Assembly (NCBI GenBank): GCA_050253415.1
Contig: JBFWJC010000001.1
Location: forward strand, 128,001 to 192,000
DNA from: Pedobacter sp.
GTDB lineage: Bacteria; Desulfobacterota; Desulfuromonadia; Desulfuromonadales; Syntrophotaleaceae
DNA length: 64,000 bases
Direction: 5' to 3'
The notes below the pieces were generated by a model. The model was not told where the DNA came from. It ran no database searches and saw only the letters and a program-made list of their open reading frames with translations. Of this stretch, positions 59,801 through 64,000 are shown in pieces; the first letter of the stretch is position 1; every line of letters starts with the position of its first letter. The position numbers were made by a program, and so were the translations under genes.

Positions 59801-59918
59801 ATCGCTGAGCACCCGGCTTTCCAACAGCGTCTACAGCAGCCTCAGCTACAACTGCGACATGCAAAGTCAGGGCGCCACCGGCCATTCACTACGCGTACAG
59901 GTGGCGGCAACTTTCTGA
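56805..59918 (+). CDS. Autotransporter with papain-like (C1A) cysteine-protease passenger
   Basis: Signal peptide, LPSSFDLR, QKQCGSCW, NHLIALVGY, RNSW..WG..GY, beta-helix repeats, and a C-terminal beta-barrel ending in F. Confidence 0.9.
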   Translation: MRIAPLFCLFIACLFCTTAQSADLPSSFDLRDIDGHSYIGPVRNQKQCGSCWSFGTLAAAESTWNRLHDLYDEQAIDFSEAFLTWSISPLYDGLLGCDGGSLALQQNTALIEYGVPLESDFPYTMTDPGSDLHWDATRYSFLDWYRIPPGDIETTRRILYHIGAVTAGVLVEDDFYAYTDGILTNETTTITSEIPYNSNVNHLIALVGYNDESGDGGLGYWILRNSWSENWGLDGYVNIRYTTAGVSLHSSYMTLEPWSGTSIVLKNDNDLIASPWSTGGTLNAHGVDLWGGAASSVLNSGSILAEAFSGEKLATARGVYLWGGPHGRISNSGEIVGLASSENQQAIAYAICLQGGLVNNRGVLTAEATSHADQSLAFGIWAANGGSTVEIINSGAIEASGTGGAMNAAYGIWADSRDLVMVTNSGSIEAYADDYAIGVLLTGGPALLENSGTIRGAYASVYSQENTLLVLDTGSNLFGTVYLQGDADTLMLNGKGNEDDLLSGVETLTMAGDEWSLSGDSAFETIQVALGRLGVDGSLSGETSVLKYGTLGGNGSLTGIVTNGGTVAPGHSVGHLTIDGDFSQTSDGTLEIEIGDGNADLLTITGTAELAGTLLVLPDGYATDGSYTFLEAGTITGAFDSLSSAAVLAVSLDSAAGSLTLDVTRNSYASLATAHNRGLANNLDSLRPTAEDDLGDLLDSLDLSLSQQALNDAMASLTPRIHGLASTVVLGDSQARLADLRHHMDRLDPAERLEQNPTGKTSVWFDLLGQYNRYGSDGAYFGARENLYGLLLGVERTASSGLTLGVAAALTESRYQAHNAADDGESESQQGYLYAAWLDPRRADGVHLSTALGGGRTEISADRSIAFAGRRAHSEHDGTLYSATISGGYAMNLRGWTLDPTAGLSFVHLREERFRETGADSANLTIATRDNDSLQSQLGLRLSRPVQLASFTLNPELRIAWHHEFNRKTERLTATLAGDSNAFATPGRDLPGDSLLLGASLSTRLSNSVYSSLSYNCDMQSQGATGHSLRVQVAATF

Positions 59919-59946
59919 AACACCGCCTCGTCACGTTCATCCGCTA

Positions 59947-59991
59947 CAAAACAGGGGGGAGCCACTTTCATATCTGGCTCCCCCCTGTTTT
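59947..59991. terminator. Bidirectional terminator
   Basis: aaaacagggggg-agcca...tggct-cccccctgtttt. Confidence 0.8.
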
Positions 59992-60038
59992 GTTCATTCC
60001 ATTGGCCGCGCGATGGCCCTAGTCAGCAAACAGTCTGT

Positions 60039-60829
60039 TTATTCCGCCATGCCAAGAGGTGTACAACGCTCCCCACCCTGCCAAAGCCCCACATGTCCAC
60101 TGCGATGCAGATAAGGAGTGTAATCGTTTTGCAAGCAAAGCCCACTCTGTCGTAGGGACTCCCAATACGGCTCTTCGGCCAATAAATAATAGGGTTTGTT
60201 GCGCCTGGCCAGCTCACTGATCCTCTTTTGATCCAGCTCTGCCATGGGATGGCCCAGGTAGTAAATAAGCTGGATCGGCTCCTTGCCGAAAAGCAGAAAC
60301 ACATGAGCATAGCCGCAAAAACCCACAGCGCAAGCATCATATTGAGTTCGGCTAAGCGCGCCATTTCGGCAAAAAAATACGAACTCACCAGCATCATGGC
60401 CGCAAACAGCGCCGCCCAGTCTCCAATGTGGCGGCGCATGCGCCCGAAAAGCAGCCAGACGATACCCAGCGCGCTGAGTGCCGAAGGCAATCGCAGCACC
60501 CATACCGGACAGATCCCCGTCAGCATGCCGATCAAGCCGCCGGCCCAATAAAACAAAGGCGGTTTTTCCAGATAGATGAGACCGTTTTTGGTTGGCAAAA
60601 GCCAGCTATGGCGGGCCGGCATCTCTTGCACAACTACCAGCCGACGGGCTTCATTGTGGCTTAAAACAGGGACATCCCAGATACCCAGGCCGTAGACCAG
60701 CAAGGAGCCAACCAGCACCATCCAGAAAAACACCCTAAACAGCTGAGGATGATCCGTATCGGGACGCGATGTGGCATCTGCTGCGGAGGACAAACGCATA
60801 GGGGGCACCGGGAGCTTCTTCGCCGTCAA
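60039..60829 (-). pseudogene. ArnT-like (GT39/PMT) glycosyltransferase remnant with internal deletion and frameshift
   Basis: N-terminal motifs NEARR..EM, YLEKPPLFYW and LRLPSAL run for about 150 aa. The frame then switches near 60300 to a soluble C-terminal-like segment (IYYLGHP...YYLL). Confidence 0.7.
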
Positions 60830-60871
60830 CAGCGGAAGGGAAAGGAGATACCAGTTGTTAAGGATACGAGA

Positions 60872-61153
60872 TCAAGCCGAAACGCTTTGTTTTTTTGCCT
60901 TGTGGATAAAATACAGATTGCGAAGATAAATGAGAAACCCGGTCGACTGGCCAAGGGTAAACACCAGATCGCGACGCAGTATCGCATAGATCAGCAGCAG
61001 CAGACTGCCTCCCAGACTGAAATACCAGAAGGACGGGGGGATAAAGCTTTGGCGACGTTTTTCCGCGCAAACCCATTGGATGACAAAACGCATGGTGAAA
61101 AGCCCCTGCCCGACCAAACCAAGAACAAGGATACAATTTTCAGTACTGAACAT
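60872..61153 (-). CDS. Lipid-A biosynthesis N-terminal (LAB_N) domain membrane protein
   Basis: GQGLFTMRFVIQW..E, P..FWYFSLGG..LL.YAI.R.D and GQ..G..IY.RNL. Confidence 0.85.
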   Translation of the reverse strand: MFSTENCILVLGLVGQGLFTMRFVIQWVCAEKRRQSFIPPSFWYFSLGGSLLLLIYAILRRDLVFTLGQSTGFLIYLRNLYFIHKAKKQSVSA

Positions 61154-61879
61154 GGGGTTAACGTATCCTTATGGCATAAGGTTGGGGCCATTCCACGACA
61201 ACACGGCTAAGGTCATCAGATTACCGCTCTATATCAGTCTTCCTCATTGTGAACCGGCGTCACGAACGAGATGCTTTCCCAATGAGAGAGCAACCCAGAC
61301 CGATCATCTTTAAAAACAATGAAACACACAGGCGGAATAAGTGCGCCGCCACACCCGGTTGCTACAATATGATTTCCGGAAGCTGCGTGTACCTACGCAA
61401 TTGGGATGCCAAACCGCAATGCCAGACGCACCACCCTTGATTTCGCCGACCTATCCGCCAGAACACCGCACGCGAGGAGACCGAAGCATATTCGCACAAC
61501 TTTATGCCCCGTACAAATTTTTATCATTTCTGGATTTGAATGGTTGATCGTGTATCAAAAGTTTTACGTCGCACGCTCGAGTTTCCGAAAGATCTGGAAT
61601 ATTAATGTGTTGTTATTGGCGAAAAGTTAACGCAAGTCAACCAGAACACTCTGCGTCACGGCTGAAGCGACACGATTTTCACCTACCGGCTGCTTAATGC
61701 CTGTCTGTGCCGAATGAATTCAAATTGTGGATCGGTTATTCCGTTCAACGGATAATCCTTTTCACCAAGACAACACACCACCAGATACAACTTGACACCT
61801 CCAATCGTTGCCGATATCTTGAAAAGATGTGTTTTTACAATATGTTGTATTTCTGCTGACGATTGAGGAGGTACCAAGC

Positions 61880-63286
61880 ATGGCGATGTTGCATCTTGCC
61901 GACCAGATCATCATTCTCGTATATCTAACCTGTGTTTTGGGACTGGGCCTGTGGGCCGGCCGCCGGGTTAAAAACCTGGAAGATTACGCAGTCGCCGATC
62001 GCAATTACAGTGCACTGGTCATCGCCATGACCCTGTCTGCTTCGTTTATCGGCGGCGGATTTACCATGGGCAACGCCGAAAAGGTCTTTACCCTGGGTAT
62101 CATCAACATCGCTGTGCTATGGGGATTCAGCCTAAAGGAGATCCTGGTGGCAAGCTTTATCGGTCCCCGCATGGGGCGTTTTCCCGATGCTATTTCAGTG
62201 GGAGACGTCATGGAGGTCAACTACGGGAAAATCGGCAAGGTGGTCACCGGTATCTTTTCCGTACTACTCTGCGCCGGCATCCTCGGGGCTCAGGTCGGCG
62301 GCATGGGCTATTTGTTTAACCTTTTCCTGGGGCTACCGGTTCCGACCGGTATCCTGCTCGGCATGAGCATCGTCATTATTTACGACACCCTGGGTGGTAT
62401 GCGTGCGGTAGTCGCCACGGATGTACTCCAATTCTGTGTCTTAGCCATAGGCATCCCGTTGGCATTGATTCTCGGCGTGCGTGAGGTCGGTGGCATGGCA
62501 GCTCTGGCGGCCAAAGTTCCGACCGGGCATTTCGATCTGTTCGGGCAGTTATCCAAGGTGCAGATTCTGTCGCTGTTTTTGACCTTCCTGCTTGGTGAAA
62601 CCCTGGTGCCGCCCTATGTGCGGCGTCTGTTCATCAGCCGCAATACCCGTTCAACCTGCCGCGGAACACTGTGGAGCGGTCTTTTCTCCATCCCGTTTTT
62701 CGCTATCGCCGGGGGCATTGGCCTGGTGGCACTGGCTCTGAACCCGGGACTCAATTCCAACCTGGCCTTGCCCTATGTCGTAGAAACAGTCCTGCCCATC
62801 GGCCTGCGCGGGCTGGTCGTGGCCGGCATCATCGCAGTGGTCATGTCATCTGCCGATTCGTTCCTCAACAGTGCCTCGGTGGCCTTTGTCAACGACATTG
62901 TCAACCCGTTACTGCCGCGCCCCCTGGCACCAAAGCGAGGGCTGCTGTTTGCACGATTGGCCACCCTGGTCACCGGCTCGATCTCCGTCGTATTCGCCAT
63001 CAGCATTAAAAGCCTGATCGATATTCTGATATACGCTTACCAATTCTGGTCACCCATCATCCTGGTGCCACTGGCGGCCACACTGCTCGGTATACGTGCA
63101 GGAACCGGCGCATTTTGTGCCGGAGCGGCTGCAGGCCTGTGCGGTGTGTTTGTCTGGAACCGACTGCTGGGTGCACCCGGTGGTTTTGACGGCCTCTTGG
63201 TCGGAGTGTTCGCAAACTTAGTGGTTTTCTCCCTGACGGCATGGTTGTCCCGCCAACCGCTTGTCGCACCCGAGGGCACTGCATAA
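61880..63286 (+). CDS. Sodium:solute symporter (SSF) family transporter
   Basis: DYAVA.R, ASFIGGG, GGMRAVV.TD..QF and A.VMSSADS.LN. GAGGAGG RBS. Confidence 0.92.
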   Translation: MAMLHLADQIIILVYLTCVLGLGLWAGRRVKNLEDYAVADRNYSALVIAMTLSASFIGGGFTMGNAEKVFTLGIINIAVLWGFSLKEILVASFIGPRMGRFPDAISVGDVMEVNYGKIGKVVTGIFSVLLCAGILGAQVGGMGYLFNLFLGLPVPTGILLGMSIVIIYDTLGGMRAVVATDVLQFCVLAIGIPLALILGVREVGGMAALAAKVPTGHFDLFGQLSKVQILSLFLTFLLGETLVPPYVRRLFISRNTRSTCRGTLWSGLFSIPFFAIAGGIGLVALALNPGLNSNLALPYVVETVLPIGLRGLVVAGIIAVVMSSADSFLNSASVAFVNDIVNPLLPRPLAPKRGLLFARLATLVTGSISVVFAISIKSLIDILIYAYQFWSPIILVPLAATLLGIRAGTGAFCAGAAAGLCGVFVWNRLLGAPGGFDGLLVGVFANLVVFSLTAWLSRQPLVAPEGTA

Positions 63287-63629
63287 GCGCTGCATTCGGC
63301 TCTATGTTTATCGGCAGGCCCCCCGAATCGATGGGTTTCGGGGGCCTCATCCTTCCTTCTATCCGCATCCGTCACGCTTATCTGGTCGGAGCTGCGTATC
63401 CTGATGTGTCTGAATCGACCCCATCCGTCTTTTTTGTTCAGCTCGCAACTGAAAGGGGTTCCCCATCCCATTTTATTGCCCGATTTCAGGCAAGGGACTC
63501 CCTTGTGGGGCCGCCTCAGGACTAGAATTTAGACAATTTATTCTCCATGCACTTGGCTAAGCTGCCGATCTCTTTATAATTTAATGGTATGATGAATGAA
63601 ATGCAGCAAGACCTACCCCGGAGGCCCCT

Positions 63630-64000
63630 ATGCCTGACAACCTCAATGTAATGATCACCCGCGATCTTCTGGAGTTTTTTGAATCGGACGTCGATTTTTC
63701 CCGGCAGGAAGGTTTTGCCTTGCAGGTGGTTGAGGATGGTATGGAAGCATGGCACCAGCTCGACCATAGTTGGCCCAACCTGGTAATGATCGATTTGAAC
63801 GCTCCGGGCATGCCTGGGGATGAGCTCTGCCGCCGCATCAACAAAGACCCCCAATTAAGACATATCCCCGTGGTACTGATGGTGGAAAGCCGCAACCCCG
63901 ATGATCTCAATCGCTGCCTGAAGGCACGCTGCGCCGACATCCTGTTCAAGCCCCTGAGCAAGCATCTGTTAATGGCCGCAGCCCGTCGTATACTGGGGCT
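63630..64000 (+). CDS. Response-regulator receiver domain protein (runs off window; absent from ORF track)
   Basis: Manual translation MPDNLNVMITRD...PNLVMIDLNAPGMPGDELCRRI..HIPVVLM...DILFKP. GGAGG RBS. Confidence 0.8.
   Translation, partial: MPDNLNVMITRDLLEFFESDVDFSRQEGFALQVVEDGMEAWHQLDHSWPNLVMIDLNAPGMPGDELCRRINKDPQLRHIPVVLMVESRNPDDLNRCLKARCADILFKPLSKHLLMAAARRILG

Overview
Gene-dense bacterial window that most resembles a Desulfuromonadales-type deltaproteobacterium (Syntrophotalea/Pelobacter-like). This is inferred from gene content, sigma-54 promoters and short palindromic repeats, and is not verified. Two nickel-enzyme modules dominate the window. (1) A minus-strand, self-contained group-1 [NiFe]-hydrogenase unit at 15.5-27.4 kb: small and large subunits, endopeptidase, hypABFCDE, a NikM/CbiM-type transporter and its own tatA/tatA/tatB/tatC, with no cytochrome partner. 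Its large subunit starts with an unusual Pro/Thr-rich linker and its small subunit has an altered Fe-S relay and no membrane anchor. (2) An RcoM-like-regulated CO dehydrogenase operon at 37.5-44.2 kb (cooS-cooC-cooF-FAD/NAD oxidoreductase plus a second NikM paralog). Also present are an AT-richer accessory block (MocR regulator divergent from a MoxR AAA+/VWA pair whose HEXXH motif is HLAMH), a decayed lysR duplicate bracketing a porin gene, radC, a U32/RlhA-like gene, nifUS, two atypical chemoreceptors, a papain-like autotransporter, an internally deleted ArnT-like gene, and several small ORFs missed by the ORF track. No rRNA, tRNA, CRISPR array or intact transposase was recognised. The best candidate for an undescribed system is the anchor-less, Tat-self-sufficient, possibly secreted or surface-associated hydrogenase.
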